Under the pieces are notes generated by a model that made no database searches, was not told the DNA's origin, and saw only the letters and a list, made by a program, of their open reading frames with translations. The translations under genes were made by a program, and so were the position numbers. This document shows, one piece after another, positions 32,955-42,415 of a DNA stretch of 64,000 bases. The DNA comes from Chloroflexota bacterium (GTDB lineage: Bacteria; Chloroflexota; Dormibacteria; Dormibacterales; Dormibacteraceae): positions 21,650 to 85,649 of the forward strand of contig DMCH01000158.1 in the NCBI GenBank assembly GCA_003446775.1, read 5' to 3'. Positions within the stretch are counted from its first letter, which is position 1. Every line of letters starts with the position of its first letter.

Positions 32955-33625
32955 TAAACTCTCAAGAAAGTAAGATTGGCTTCCTGCCCGTGGGTCTGGA
33001 GCACCTCGCCGGTCAGGCGGAAGCCCCTAGACTCCATGTAGTCCACGATCACTGACTTGTCAGGAGCACCCACGTACTGCCGATAAGACGACGTTGTGGC
33101 CTCGAGTTGCACCTTCGCGATGTCCCTGAGCCTGTCGCCAGCCGACTTGACCACATCGAGGTCGAGCCCCTGCGCGTCGACCTTCAAGTAGTCGACCGAC
33201 TTCAGGCCGGCCGCGTTCATGAAGGTGTCGAGACGCATGGTGGGCACGATGACCGAACCAACCACTTCGACATGCTGCTCAGTGACCCACTTCTGCACTC
33301 CTTCAGGGTCAAGCGGCAAAAGAGAGCTCGACTGCTCGTAGGAATTGAGCTGCAGCTCGGCGCTGCCATCGTGCTCGGAGATGGCGATCGGCAGCACGAC
33401 ATAATTTCGCAGCCGGGCCATGATCCGGCTCGCGGCACGAAGATTGGGCTCGAATGCGTAAACAAGTAGCCATGGGTCCTGGGCCGCATACGGCAATGTG
33501 GTCTCGCCTTCATGCGCGCCCACGTCTATCCAGATTCGCCGATACGAATGTTTCCGTGCGCGCCGTCCCAGAGTCTCAGCCAGTGCACGCCGGTGAACCT
33601 TGCGCAAAAACGTAGAGAAGTCCAT
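32954..33625 (-). CDS. FkbM-family methyltransferase
   Basis: ATG 33625 (MDFSTFLRKVHRR) inside track ORF 32954..33931. Motifs: IWIDVGAHEGETTLPYA, AFEPN, VDYLKVDAQGLDLDVVKSAG. Confidence 0.7.
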   Translation of the reverse strand: MDFSTFLRKVHRRALAETLGRRARKHSYRRIWIDVGAHEGETTLPYAAQDPWLLVYAFEPNLRAASRIMARLRNYVVLPIAISEHDGSAELQLNSYEQSSSLLPLDPEGVQKWVTEQHVEVVGSVIVPTMRLDTFMNAAGLKSVDYLKVDAQGLDLDVVKSAGDRLRDIAKVQLEATTSSYRQYVGAPDKSVIVDYMESRGFRLTGEVLQTHGQEANLTFLRV

Positions 33626-34541
33626 GCGTCCCGACGGAGAACTACCGCTGCTCACGATTTTCTCAGCACCAAAAGCATTCCGAGGCCATGTTGGCATTAT
33701 CCAGGACAACGCCATCCGAAGCTGGTCGCGGCTGAGGCCGGCGCCGAGGATACTCCTCTTCGCAAACGACGAGGGAACTGCTGAAGCGGCAGAGCGTCTC
33801 AATGCTGAGCTGGTCACGCAAGTCGCGACAAACTCCTTCGGCACTCCGCTCGTCTCGGACATGTTCCGGCAAGCAGACAGCCTCGCGGCGGGCGACGTCC
33901 TGGCCTTTGTCAGCGCCGACATCATCCTCACTCAGCGCGCGATGGAAGCCATACAGATCGCTGCTGCGTGGGCGAACCGTTTTCTGCTCGTAGCCCAACG
34001 CCACGACGTAGACATCCGGCAGGCACTCGACTTCAACGATGATTCAGCCCAGCGCTGGAGATCCCTTGCCGCAACGGGAAAATTGCACTCGCCAGGCGCG
34101 ATCGATCTCTTCGTGTTCAGGCGCGGCCAGTACGCCGGAATGCCTCCATTCGCCATTGGGAGAACGGCTTACGACAACTGGCTTCTATGGAAAACCGCGT
34201 CCTCCGGGATTCCGCTGATCGACGCAACCGAATACTTCACTCTGATTCACCAGAACCACGACTACTCACACGCTCCGACCGTCGACACCTGGCATGGAGT
34301 CGAGGCCAGCGACAACAGGAAATGGATTGAGCACTGGACAAACTACTACACGATCACTCACGCGAACTGGAAACTGGGCGCTGATGGGCAGATCGCGCGG
34401 GCGACGGGATGGCGATATCGCATGGCGGGGCCAAGGCAAGCTTTCAGCCACGTGCTACGCGCGACTCGAACTTTGCGCAGCCGGATCCGGACCTGGCGGC
34501 TCAGCCGGCGCTTCCGGCCGAGTCAGGACCAAAGATCGTGA
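33624..34541 (+). CDS. Conserved hypothetical protein, possibly a GT-A-like glycosyltransferase
   Basis: ATG 33624 (MRPDGELPLLTIFSAPKAF). Has a Rossmann-like beta1 and a possible DxD-equivalent (VSADIIL). No family recognised with certainty. Confidence 0.5.
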   Translation: MRPDGELPLLTIFSAPKAFRGHVGIIQDNAIRSWSRLRPAPRILLFANDEGTAEAAERLNAELVTQVATNSFGTPLVSDMFRQADSLAAGDVLAFVSADIILTQRAMEAIQIAAAWANRFLLVAQRHDVDIRQALDFNDDSAQRWRSLAATGKLHSPGAIDLFVFRRGQYAGMPPFAIGRTAYDNWLLWKTASSGIPLIDATEYFTLIHQNHDYSHAPTVDTWHGVEASDNRKWIEHWTNYYTITHANWKLGADGQIARATGWRYRMAGPRQAFSHVLRATRTLRSRIRTWRLSRRFRPSQDQRS

Positions 34542-35623
34542 GCCTGCTCTCCGTGGTCGCTGCATCGCGCAACGACGGGCACGGTTTGCACCTGCTGCCA
34601 CGGATGCAGGTCTTCATCAATGGCTTGGCCGACCAGGTCGAACGCTTCGAGCGTGAGGTCGAGCTGGTACTCGTGGATTGGAATCCGCCGAGTGATCATC
34701 GCCCTCTCAGCGAAGCGCTGACCGCGCCCGCGGTCAAGGGCTTCACCGTCAGGGTCATCACCGTGCCTCCGGAGGTGCACTCGCGCCTCTCGATATCGGA
34801 GAACCTCAGCTTCTTTCAGATGATCGCCAAGAACGTCGGCATCAGGCGCGCCCAGGGCGATTCGGTGCTGGCAACGAACATCGACATCCTCATGTCGGAT
34901 GGCCTGTTCCTCGACTCCACGAGCCCGCTGGTCGACCGGCGGCTTTATCGGACGGATCGCGTCGACATCGCATTTGACCCGGAGGTGACGCTCGACGCTG
35001 ACGTTCTGCGCCGTAGTCCCGCCATCCGCATCCACCAGAAGAACGGCATGTATTCCCCGGGGGAAGGGATGAGGCACGAACAGGTTCGCGGGGCCGGATC
35101 TTTGTCGAGGGTCGCCCTGAGGAATCCTGTCGACTTCATGCGGCGCGTCGTGCGTAAGGTTGACCCCGTCCGATACCGGCGGGCTCTCATCAGCATCTTC
35201 CGGCTGCCGCAGCTTCATCTCAACGCATGCGGCGATTTCACCTTGATGACTCGCGCGTCATGGGCCGAGCTTCGAGGCTATCCGGAGTGGGAAATGTTCG
35301 CCTGGAGCCTGGACGGCCTCCTGCTGTACCAGGCTGCCGCCGCAGGATTTTCCTTCGACGAGCTCACCGACCGCCCCGCGTTCCATCTGGAGCACTCGTC
35401 GGGCTGGGCGGGGGAATCGGGAGCCGCGTATCTCGAAAGAGCGACCCAAAGAGGGATTCCGGTGCTTGGCGAGGTCGAGCTGATCGAAGTGGCGAACACG
35501 ATCTGGAAGGGCCGAAGGAAAGGTGAATGGCGAACCAACCTTGACGGTTGGGGCATGTTCGCAATGGATTTTCCGGAAACGAGCCTGCCCGCAGTGAGCC
35601 GAGCAAAGTCCGGCCAACGTTGA
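34538..35623 (+). CDS. GT-A-like glycosyltransferase, uncharacterised family, paralogue 1
   Basis: GTG 34538 overlaps the upstream stop (GTGA). Shares with 37147..38199 and 38196..39230: LSVVAASRNDGHG, VELVLVDWNPP, VITVPPEVH, FQMIAKNVGIRRA, LATNIDILMSD, CGDFTLM, GYPEW. Confidence 0.6.
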   Translation: MSLLSVVAASRNDGHGLHLLPRMQVFINGLADQVERFEREVELVLVDWNPPSDHRPLSEALTAPAVKGFTVRVITVPPEVHSRLSISENLSFFQMIAKNVGIRRAQGDSVLATNIDILMSDGLFLDSTSPLVDRRLYRTDRVDIAFDPEVTLDADVLRRSPAIRIHQKNGMYSPGEGMRHEQVRGAGSLSRVALRNPVDFMRRVVRKVDPVRYRRALISIFRLPQLHLNACGDFTLMTRASWAELRGYPEWEMFAWSLDGLLLYQAAAAGFSFDELTDRPAFHLEHSSGWAGESGAAYLERATQRGIPVLGEVELIEVANTIWKGRRKGEWRTNLDGWGMFAMDFPETSLPAVSRAKSGQR

Positions 35624-35637
35624 AGCGCAGCAGCTGA

Positions 35638-37128
35638 ATGGAACCGCAGATCGAACCCGCTGACGGGCCGCTGTGGCGGGTTGCCCGCCACCTCGGCGTC
35701 TATGGCGTCGGCTCCGCAATCTCGCTTGTGTCTTCGGCCGTGCTGCTGCCGATATTCGCGACGCAGTTCTCCGCAAAGCAGTTCGGCGTTGTCGCCACGG
35801 GACAGATCGCGAGTCTGGCGGCGATCACCATCGCCCGACTGGGACTCAACAGCGGCATGTTCCGTTTCCTCGCCGTCTATCAGACCGACGGCGATGCTCA
35901 TGGAGCCGACCGCGCAGTCACCACCGCCGTGATAACGACTCTCTTCAGTTCGTTGATAGTCACTCTCGCGATGTTTGCTGCTCTGGCAGTCATCGGATCC
36001 CGAATCTCAGCTGATCTCCAGCTCAATGGCGCCCTCATCGCGGCCAACGTGGTTATGTCCGCTCCAAGAGAAACGGCCGAGTTCGCGCTCCAGGCCAAGC
36101 AGCATTCTCGGTCGTACGTCGTCTTCACCTCGACCACGACCATATTGACCACGATCCTCACAGCGGTCCTCGCGCTGCTCTTTCACGGCGGAGCGGTAGC
36201 CGTGTTTATCAGCGCTCTGGTCGCGAACAGCCTCATGAGCGCGGTCGGCCTGATCATCTTGAGGCCGCATTTGAAGATCTCGGCCTGGTCGAGGGAGGAA
36301 TTGCGCCGCGAGGCCAGATTCGGAGTTGTCGGCGTCCCGGCACTCCTGGCCGACTGGGTCATGCAGTTCTCCGACAGGCTGTTCCTGACGCGTTTCGTCG
36401 GACTGGCACAGGTCGGCGTGTACAGCCTTGGCTACCGCATCGGGCTTATCGAAGCCCAGATTCTCGGCGCTGCAACTTCATCCGCCTGGAGCCCGTTCGT
36501 GCTGAGCGAATATCGCGAACCGGACGGATCACGAACGATCGGGCGAGTCGCCACCTATTTTGCGATCGCGGGAATGGCGCTGGTGCTGTTCATATCTGCC
36601 TCTGGTCCCCTGTTCCTGCTGGTCATCCATGCCCGCGCTGAATATCAGGCGGCGAACTCAGTGATCTTTCTAATCGCATTCGCCAACTTCTTCGCGGTGA
36701 TGCAGCACATCTTTTCGACCCCGCCGATGATTCGCCTGCGTCCGGAATGGGGCACGCTGTTCCGCATGATTGGCGCCGGGGTGAACATCGCGCTCAACTT
36801 TGCACTCATCCCGACATTCGGGATGCTTGGAGCGGCGTGGTCGACACTGGCGACGTTTGTGATCACAGCCTTGATCACGGAAGTGGTCGGGCGGAAGTTC
36901 TGGCGAATCGCGTATGAGTACCGAAAGTTGGTGCTCATCGTCGCCGGCGGCGTGGTGATCCAGCTGTTGATCGACCTGAGTCAGCGCTCGGGGACTTCGG
37001 TGCCCATGGCGCTGAGCCCTTTGTGGTCGCTGGTCCTCTTTTCGGGCTGGCTACTGGCTACGGGGTCCTTCTCGCTGGGTGACGCACGCGCGCTGGCACG
37101 AAGGCTGCGCCGCACCGTGGCCGCTTGA
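35638..37128 (+). CDS. Wzx-type oligosaccharide flippase (MOP superfamily polysaccharide biosynthesis protein)
   Basis: 496 aa with about 12-14 TM segments. The N-terminal VYGVGSAISLVSSAVLLPIFATQFSAKQFGVV and the mid-protein RREARFGVVGVPALLADWVMQFSDRLFL are typical of Wzx. Confidence 0.75.
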   Translation: MEPQIEPADGPLWRVARHLGVYGVGSAISLVSSAVLLPIFATQFSAKQFGVVATGQIASLAAITIARLGLNSGMFRFLAVYQTDGDAHGADRAVTTAVITTLFSSLIVTLAMFAALAVIGSRISADLQLNGALIAANVVMSAPRETAEFALQAKQHSRSYVVFTSTTTILTTILTAVLALLFHGGAVAVFISALVANSLMSAVGLIILRPHLKISAWSREELRREARFGVVGVPALLADWVMQFSDRLFLTRFVGLAQVGVYSLGYRIGLIEAQILGAATSSAWSPFVLSEYREPDGSRTIGRVATYFAIAGMALVLFISASGPLFLLVIHARAEYQAANSVIFLIAFANFFAVMQHIFSTPPMIRLRPEWGTLFRMIGAGVNIALNFALIPTFGMLGAAWSTLATFVITALITEVVGRKFWRIAYEYRKLVLIVAGGVVIQLLIDLSQRSGTSVPMALSPLWSLVLFSGWLLATGSFSLGDARALARRLRRTVAA

Positions 37129-37146
37129 TGGAAACCTGAACCGGCC

Positions 37147-38199
37147 TTGAACCCATCTTCTCGACCGGCAGCTCTTAGCGTCGTCGCGACGTCCCGCAAT
37201 GATGATCACGGCGCAAATCTTCGGGCCAGGATGCAGCTCTTTGTCGACGGGCTCGCGGATCAGGCGGAGCGCTTTGATTTTCCTGTTGAGCTGATTCTGG
37301 TGGAGTGGAATCCGCCAGCCGAGCGGCCCGCTCTGGTTGAGGCTCTGCGCTGGCACGTGACTGACAACTTCCGGCCTCGCGTCATCACCGTCCCGCCTGA
37401 GGTCCACCACACCTTTCCTCACGCGGATCGTCTACCGCTGTTCCAGATGATCGGAAAGAACGCCGGCATTCGGCGGTCGCAAGCGCCTTACGTCCTCGCG
37501 ACGAACATCGACATCCTGCTGAGCGACGAGCTCTTCGAGTTCCTCAAAGCAGGTCTGAAGCCGAACGCGCTGTATCGAGTCGATCGTCATGACGTGGTCG
37601 CCGAGCTCGGTGGGCCACGCCTTCCCTCGCCGGCCGAATGCCGGGCGCTCCCGGTGCTACGCCAGCACCGCCTCGATGGCATGCATTACCCGCAAGGCCG
37701 TCCTCCCGCGACACGACGTGAACAGCGCCTCGAACCCCTGGCGGTCAAACCTGCGATCAACGAGCTGTCTCGTCTCACGCTGGCGGCCTGGGACCGCGTC
37801 CGGCTGCCCAAGCTCCACACCCTCGCTTGCGGTGACTTCACCCTGACGAGCCGCGAGGTGTGGTCGGCGCTGCACGGCTATCCCGAGTGGCCTGAGTATT
37901 CCTGGCATCTGGACGGCGTCCCCCTCTACCAGGCATTCGCAGCCGGGGTTGAGATGATCAACCTGCCGCCTCCGATGGTGGCTTTTCACTTGGAGCACGG
38001 AGAAGGTTCGGGCTGGACCCCCGAATCTGAACGCCTGTTCGACCGCTTAGATGCCGCCGGTATCCCGTACCTGGGCACCCGCGAGTACCGGAAAATGGCC
38101 CGCAAGCTCGTCCACGGACCCCGCGGCTTTCATCCCGTCAACGGCGACGATTGGGGCCTGGCTGCGATGGATTTTGCGGAGCAGCACCCGAGGGGTTAG
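37147..38199 (+). CDS. GT-A-like glycosyltransferase, uncharacterised family, paralogue 2
   Basis: TTG 37147. Motifs: LSVVATSRNDDHG, VELILVEWNPP, VITVPPEVHHTFPHADRLPLFQMIGKNAGIRR, LATNIDILLSDELFEFL, CGDFTLTSREVW, GYPEWPEYSWHLDG. Confidence 0.6.
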   Translation: MNPSSRPAALSVVATSRNDDHGANLRARMQLFVDGLADQAERFDFPVELILVEWNPPAERPALVEALRWHVTDNFRPRVITVPPEVHHTFPHADRLPLFQMIGKNAGIRRSQAPYVLATNIDILLSDELFEFLKAGLKPNALYRVDRHDVVAELGGPRLPSPAECRALPVLRQHRLDGMHYPQGRPPATRREQRLEPLAVKPAINELSRLTLAAWDRVRLPKLHTLACGDFTLTSREVWSALHGYPEWPEYSWHLDGVPLYQAFAAGVEMINLPPPMVAFHLEHGEGSGWTPESERLFDRLDAAGIPYLGTREYRKMARKLVHGPRGFHPVNGDDWGLAAMDFAEQHPRG

Positions 38200-39230
38200 G
38201 AAACCGCACCTCCTGGCTTCATCACCCGCAGGCTCGCCGAAGCGAGACCCCAGTCCGGACCGTTGAACGGGTGAAAGCCGCGTCCCTTACGCAAGACGTC
38301 GCGGGCCAGGCGGTCATAGTCGGCACCGGTCAGGTGTGGAATCCCCGCGGCATCGAGCCGTTCAAACAGTCGCGCCTGACCCTCCGGCGTCCATCCCGAC
38401 CCCTTGCCGTGTTCGAGGTGGTAGGCGACCATCGGCGGGGACAGGTTGATCATCTCGACGCCCGCTCGATAGGCCTGAACCAGGGCGAGGCTGTCGAGGT
38501 GGAACGAGTACATGGGCCACTCCGCATAGCCTCGCATCCCCTCCCAGACCTCTTTCGTGGTCAGCGTGAAGTCGCCGCAGGCCCAGGTATGGAGCGATGG
38601 GAGCGGACCACCATGCAGCGTCTCCCAGACGGTTCGATTGAGCCGGGTTCTCGCCCACGCATACCAGGGCGGTCGCCTTCCGTCGGGGTATTTGGTGCCG
38701 TCCAGCTGATGGGCGCGAAGCCACGGTAGGGCGCGACATTCCGCCGGAGGCGGCAGAGGTGTGCTGTCAAGGTCCGCCTCGATATCGTAACGATCGACGC
38801 GGTAAAGGGCACCGGGCTTGAGGTCCCGCTGCAGGAAGGCGAACAGCTCGTCGCTGAAAAGGATGTCGATGTTCGTGCAGAGGACGAACTCAGCCTTCGC
38901 GTGCCGGATGCCGACGTTCTTGGCGATCATCTGGAAGAGGGGCAGCCCGTCCGCGTGCGGGAAGGTGCGGTGTACCTCGGGCGGCACGACGACGATGGTT
39001 GGCTCGAACCACTCAGAGCGCGGCCAGCTGAACATCTCAGCGAGCGGGGCTCTGTCGCCCGGCGGGTTCCACTCCACGAGGAGCAGCTCCACGGGCAGCT
39101 TGAATCGAAGCGATTGCTCCGCCAGTCCTTCGATGAACAGCTGAGTGCGGGCCAGCTGATTCCCGCCGTGATCATCATTGCGCGTCGCCGCGACGACACT
39201 CAGCTTCGGGCGGAAGCGGGACTCACTAAT
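38196..39230 (-). CDS. GT-A-like glycosyltransferase, uncharacterised family, paralogue 3 (start non-canonical or gene 5'-truncated)
   Basis: Track ORF 38196..39092 starts at GTG inside the conserved VELLLVEWNPP. The same frame stays open upstream to a TAG at 39242-39240 and encodes ISESRFRPKLSVVAATRNDDHGGNQLARTQLFIEGLAEQSLRFKLP, which is collinear with paralogue 2. The only starts available there are ATT (39230) or CTG (39203). Confidence 0.55.
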   Translation of the reverse strand: MSESRFRPKLSVVAATRNDDHGGNQLARTQLFIEGLAEQSLRFKLPVELLLVEWNPPGDRAPLAEMFSWPRSEWFEPTIVVVPPEVHRTFPHADGLPLFQMIAKNVGIRHAKAEFVLCTNIDILFSDELFAFLQRDLKPGALYRVDRYDIEADLDSTPLPPPAECRALPWLRAHQLDGTKYPDGRRPPWYAWARTRLNRTVWETLHGGPLPSLHTWACGDFTLTTKEVWEGMRGYAEWPMYSFHLDSLALVQAYRAGVEMINLSPPMVAYHLEHGKGSGWTPEGQARLFERLDAAGIPHLTGADYDRLARDVLRKGRGFHPFNGPDWGLASASLRVMKPGGAVS

Positions 39231-39247
39231 GAGGCAGACCTAGGTGG

Positions 39248-40624
39248 TCAGGTCCGGGCTCGGGCCGTGTCGGTCCACATCCCGGCCAGCGCGCCGGACA
39301 GCCTCTGGTTGTCGTCTCCGAGGCCCAGGCCCACGTAGTTGGGCCTGTCGCCGGCCTGCTTGCGGAGCAGCCGCCACGCGTCGATCACGATAGTCGACCT
39401 TGGAATCGACGTCAGGTCGATCGCCGCATAAACCTTGTCCGGAGTCGTGATCACGACCACGTCGCTTCCCGCGATGGCCTCCTCGACCGTCGTTGCGTAC
39501 TTCACCTTGTCGCCCAGCACGCGGCGGACAGCATCCGTCGCCATCTCGTCGTGCACCACAACAGTCACGCCCGCTTCAACCAGGCTCTTCGCAAGAATGA
39601 ACCCGGGGGCCTCATCGATGACGTTGCTGTCGGGCTTGTAGGAGAGCCCCAGCACTGCCACCGTGCTGCCCTTCGGCATCACCTCCAGCACGCGCTCGGC
39701 CAGCTTCGTGTTGCTCGACGAGTTGTACGCGTGGACCGCCTCCGCGAGAGCTCCGGACTGGCCCAGCTGGCCGGCGAGGTAGGCGAGCGCCGCATTGTCG
39801 CGCGGGAAGCAGGGTCCGCCGTACGCAACGGCGCCTTTGAGGTAGCGGCTGCCGATTCTCGTGTCGAGGCCGAGCGCTCCCGTAACGATGTCGACGTCGC
39901 CTCCCGGCAGCTGCTCGGTCATGGCGGCGACCATGTTTGCGAACGAGATCCTCATCGTCACGTAGGAGTTCACCGAGATCTTGGTGAGCTCAGAGTTCAC
40001 GAGGTTCATGCGCGCGATCTTGGGCTCGTTGTTGCAGACCGCCAGGTAGGTGTCCGCCAGCATCTTGCCCGCCCGGTCGTCGTGCTCGCCGATGAGCAGA
40101 AACTCCGGGTTGAGGAAGTCCTTGATCACCTGGCCCAGCGCGATGAACTCCGGGCTGTAGCAGACTCCGAAATCCTTGTCGACCTTCTTGCCCGACTCGC
40201 GCTCGAGCACCGGGATCATCCCGTACTCGGTCGATCCCGGCAGGACGGTGCTCGTGAGGACGACCAGGTGATAGCCCTTCTTGGCTTTAAGCCCGCGCCC
40301 GATGGACTTCGCCGCCTCGATCACGTAGTCGATCGAGAAGCCGCCCTCGGCGGTGCTGGGGGTCGGGACCACGATCAGGGTCACGTCCGAGTCGACCACG
40401 GCCTGGGCGACGTCCTGTGTGGCGCTAAGCCGGTCTTTGGCGCCGTCCATCATCTCGCTGAGCTGGGGCTCGGTCACCGGGGCCTTGCCCTGGTTGACGA
40501 GCTCCACCGTCTTCGCCGAGACGTCGGCGCCGATCACGGAGAAGCCCTTGTGCGCGAAAGACGCGGCGATGCAGGCGCCGAGCTTGCCGAGGCCGATGAC
40601 GGAGATGGTCGGCTTGGCCGGCAT
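39248..40624 (-). CDS. UDP-glucose/GDP-mannose dehydrogenase family protein
   Basis: ATG 40624 (MPAKPTISVIGLGKLGACIAASFA) inside track ORF 39248..41422. GGPCFPRD catalytic-Cys motif and LGLSYKPDSNVIDEAPG are present. Confidence 0.85.
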   Translation of the reverse strand: MPAKPTISVIGLGKLGACIAASFAHKGFSVIGADVSAKTVELVNQGKAPVTEPQLSEMMDGAKDRLSATQDVAQAVVDSDVTLIVVPTPSTAEGGFSIDYVIEAAKSIGRGLKAKKGYHLVVLTSTVLPGSTEYGMIPVLERESGKKVDKDFGVCYSPEFIALGQVIKDFLNPEFLLIGEHDDRAGKMLADTYLAVCNNEPKIARMNLVNSELTKISVNSYVTMRISFANMVAAMTEQLPGGDVDIVTGALGLDTRIGSRYLKGAVAYGGPCFPRDNAALAYLAGQLGQSGALAEAVHAYNSSSNTKLAERVLEVMPKGSTVAVLGLSYKPDSNVIDEAPGFILAKSLVEAGVTVVVHDEMATDAVRRVLGDKVKYATTVEEAIAGSDVVVITTPDKVYAAIDLTSIPRSTIVIDAWRLLRKQAGDRPNYVGLGLGDDNQRLSGALAGMWTDTARART

Positions 40625-41760
40625 CAGGCGCGTCCCCGGATCTTGTCCCGGGCTCCGGCCTTGGCCGGTTCGGGCTCGGCGCCCTTGTCCTCGCCGCGGT
40701 CGGTCAGCATGCGCTCGAAGGAAGAGCGCACCTTGTTGACGTCCTTGGTCGAGAAGTACCAGTCGATGGTCTTGTGCAGTCCTTCGACGAACGTGAGCTT
40801 CGGGCTCCATCCAATGAGATCCTTGGCCAGCTTGTTGCTCGCGACCCTGTTCAGCGGGCCGGTGGGCATGTGGGTCAGGAACTTGATGTCGGCTTGCCTG
40901 CCGGTATAGCGAAGCACTTCGTGGACCGCATCGATGACCCGGGTGCGCTCCATCGTGCCGAGGTTGATCGGGGTGCCATCCACAACGCCGCTCTCCGCGG
41001 CCACGATCATGCCCTCGGCGATGTCGCCGACGTACGTCCAGTTGCGGACCTGGTTGCCGTCGCCCCAGACCTCGAACGGGTTCTGGCCCATGAAGGCGCG
41101 GGCGATCATGGCGATCACGGCGTGGTTCTCGACGCCGCGCTCGCCGTACACGGTGAAGAAGCGGAGGGACACGGACTTGAAGCCTCGCTGGCGGTACTGG
41201 GCTTGAAGGGTCAGCTCGCACATAAGCTTGGCCCAGCCGTACAGGTGGTCCGAGTCGTAGGGCGGCCCGACCATGTCCTCCGTCAGGTACAGCTCCTTCG
41301 AGAGGTCCTGCTGGATGTAGTTGGGATATACGCAACCGGACGAGGCGAACACGAACTTGTCGACCCCCTGGTCCATCGAGGCCTTGACCAGCAGGCCATC
41401 CATCACGAGGTTGCGACCGCACTCGGCGTCGTGCATCTCGACGTAGCCGCGTCCGCCGTGGATCGCCGCCAGGTGGAAGACGACGTCGATGCCGCGAGTT
41501 GCAGCCTCGGCGGCGCCGGGGGTCAGCAGGTCGACCTGCTCGACCTCGACCACGCCGCTGTCGATGTGGCCGCGGATGTTGTCGAGCGTTCCGCTCGAAA
41601 GGTCGTCGGTGACGCGAATCTTGTTCGCGCCACGCTCGACCAGCTTGTCGATGACGTGCGACCCGATGAACGAAGCCCCGCCCGTCACCAGGACGCTTCG
41701 GTTCTTCCAGTCGCGGATGCGATCGCTGTCGCGGGGCTGGTTCGGTTGCAATCTATTCAA
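40624..41760 (-). CDS. NAD-dependent sugar epimerase/dehydratase (extended SDR)
   Basis: VLVTGGASFIGSH, FASSGCVYP, and YGWAK (YxxxK). TTG 41760 overlaps the Nudix stop (TTGA); TTG 41751 is an alternative. Its stop overlaps the downstream ATG by 1 nt (TGATG). Confidence 0.8.
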   Translation of the reverse strand: MNRLQPNQPRDSDRIRDWKNRSVLVTGGASFIGSHVIDKLVERGANKIRVTDDLSSGTLDNIRGHIDSGVVEVEQVDLLTPGAAEAATRGIDVVFHLAAIHGGRGYVEMHDAECGRNLVMDGLLVKASMDQGVDKFVFASSGCVYPNYIQQDLSKELYLTEDMVGPPYDSDHLYGWAKLMCELTLQAQYRQRGFKSVSLRFFTVYGERGVENHAVIAMIARAFMGQNPFEVWGDGNQVRNWTYVGDIAEGMIVAAESGVVDGTPINLGTMERTRVIDAVHEVLRYTGRQADIKFLTHMPTGPLNRVASNKLAKDLIGWSPKLTFVEGLHKTIDWYFSTKDVNKVRSSFERMLTDRGEDKGAEPEPAKAGARDKIRGRA

Positions 41761-42329
41761 GCTCTCCCAGCGGACACCGTGTCCGCGTTGATTCTTATCA
41801 CAGCCAACGCGAGCGCAGCCACGCAGGCCAGCTCGCGCATGTCTCCATACCACATCGATTCGACGGCCCGCTCCAGCGCGACCAGGTGCACGGTGGTCGC
41901 GGCCAGGTCCACGTGGACCGGGTCGCCGACCCGCCTGGCGCCCCGGGCCAGGAACACATGCTCGGTCCCGCACCCGCGGTTGCCGTCGACTACGTAACGG
42001 CCCAGGTCCGACCACTCCGAGGCCTCGTACCCGGCCTCCTCGCGCAGCTCGCGACGGGCTGCCGCGACCGGGCTCTCGCCCTCGTCGATGAAGCCGGATG
42101 GAAGGCCCTGCGTCACCGAACGCGACCCATGCCGGTAGTGCTCCACGGTCACGAGCTTGCCTTCGTCGGTGAGCGCGGCCACGACCACGAAGTCACGGAG
42201 GCGGATGGTGTAGAAGTCGTCGACGCGGCGTCCGTCCGGCAGCTTGATGTGCTCTTCAAGCACCTCTAACCACGGTTCCCGGCGCAGCAGGCTCGTGGTT
42301 GACTCGACTGTCCATTCGCTACCGCTCAA
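41757..42329 (-). CDS. NUDIX hydrolase
   Basis: Nudix box GLPSGFIDEGESPVAAARRELREEAGY. Confidence 0.85.
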   Translation of the reverse strand: MSGSEWTVESTTSLLRREPWLEVLEEHIKLPDGRRVDDFYTIRLRDFVVVAALTDEGKLVTVEHYRHGSRSVTQGLPSGFIDEGESPVAAARRELREEAGYEASEWSDLGRYVVDGNRGCGTEHVFLARGARRVGDPVHVDLAATTVHLVALERAVESMWYGDMRELACVAALALAVIRINADTVSAGRA

Positions 42330-42415
42330 AATGGAGCCCAGATCGCCTCACAGTCGGCCAATGATACGTTGGGCGCGCTGGGCGGAGCAACGCTGGGCTG
42401 CCCCCCTGATACCGT

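Noticed and set aside
42330-42415. The divergent intergenic region between the Nudix gene and the dehydrogenase gene, examined for a riboswitch or clear promoters.
   Set aside because: It is only 86 nt long. I could not see a convincing -35/-10 pair or a conserved structured element.
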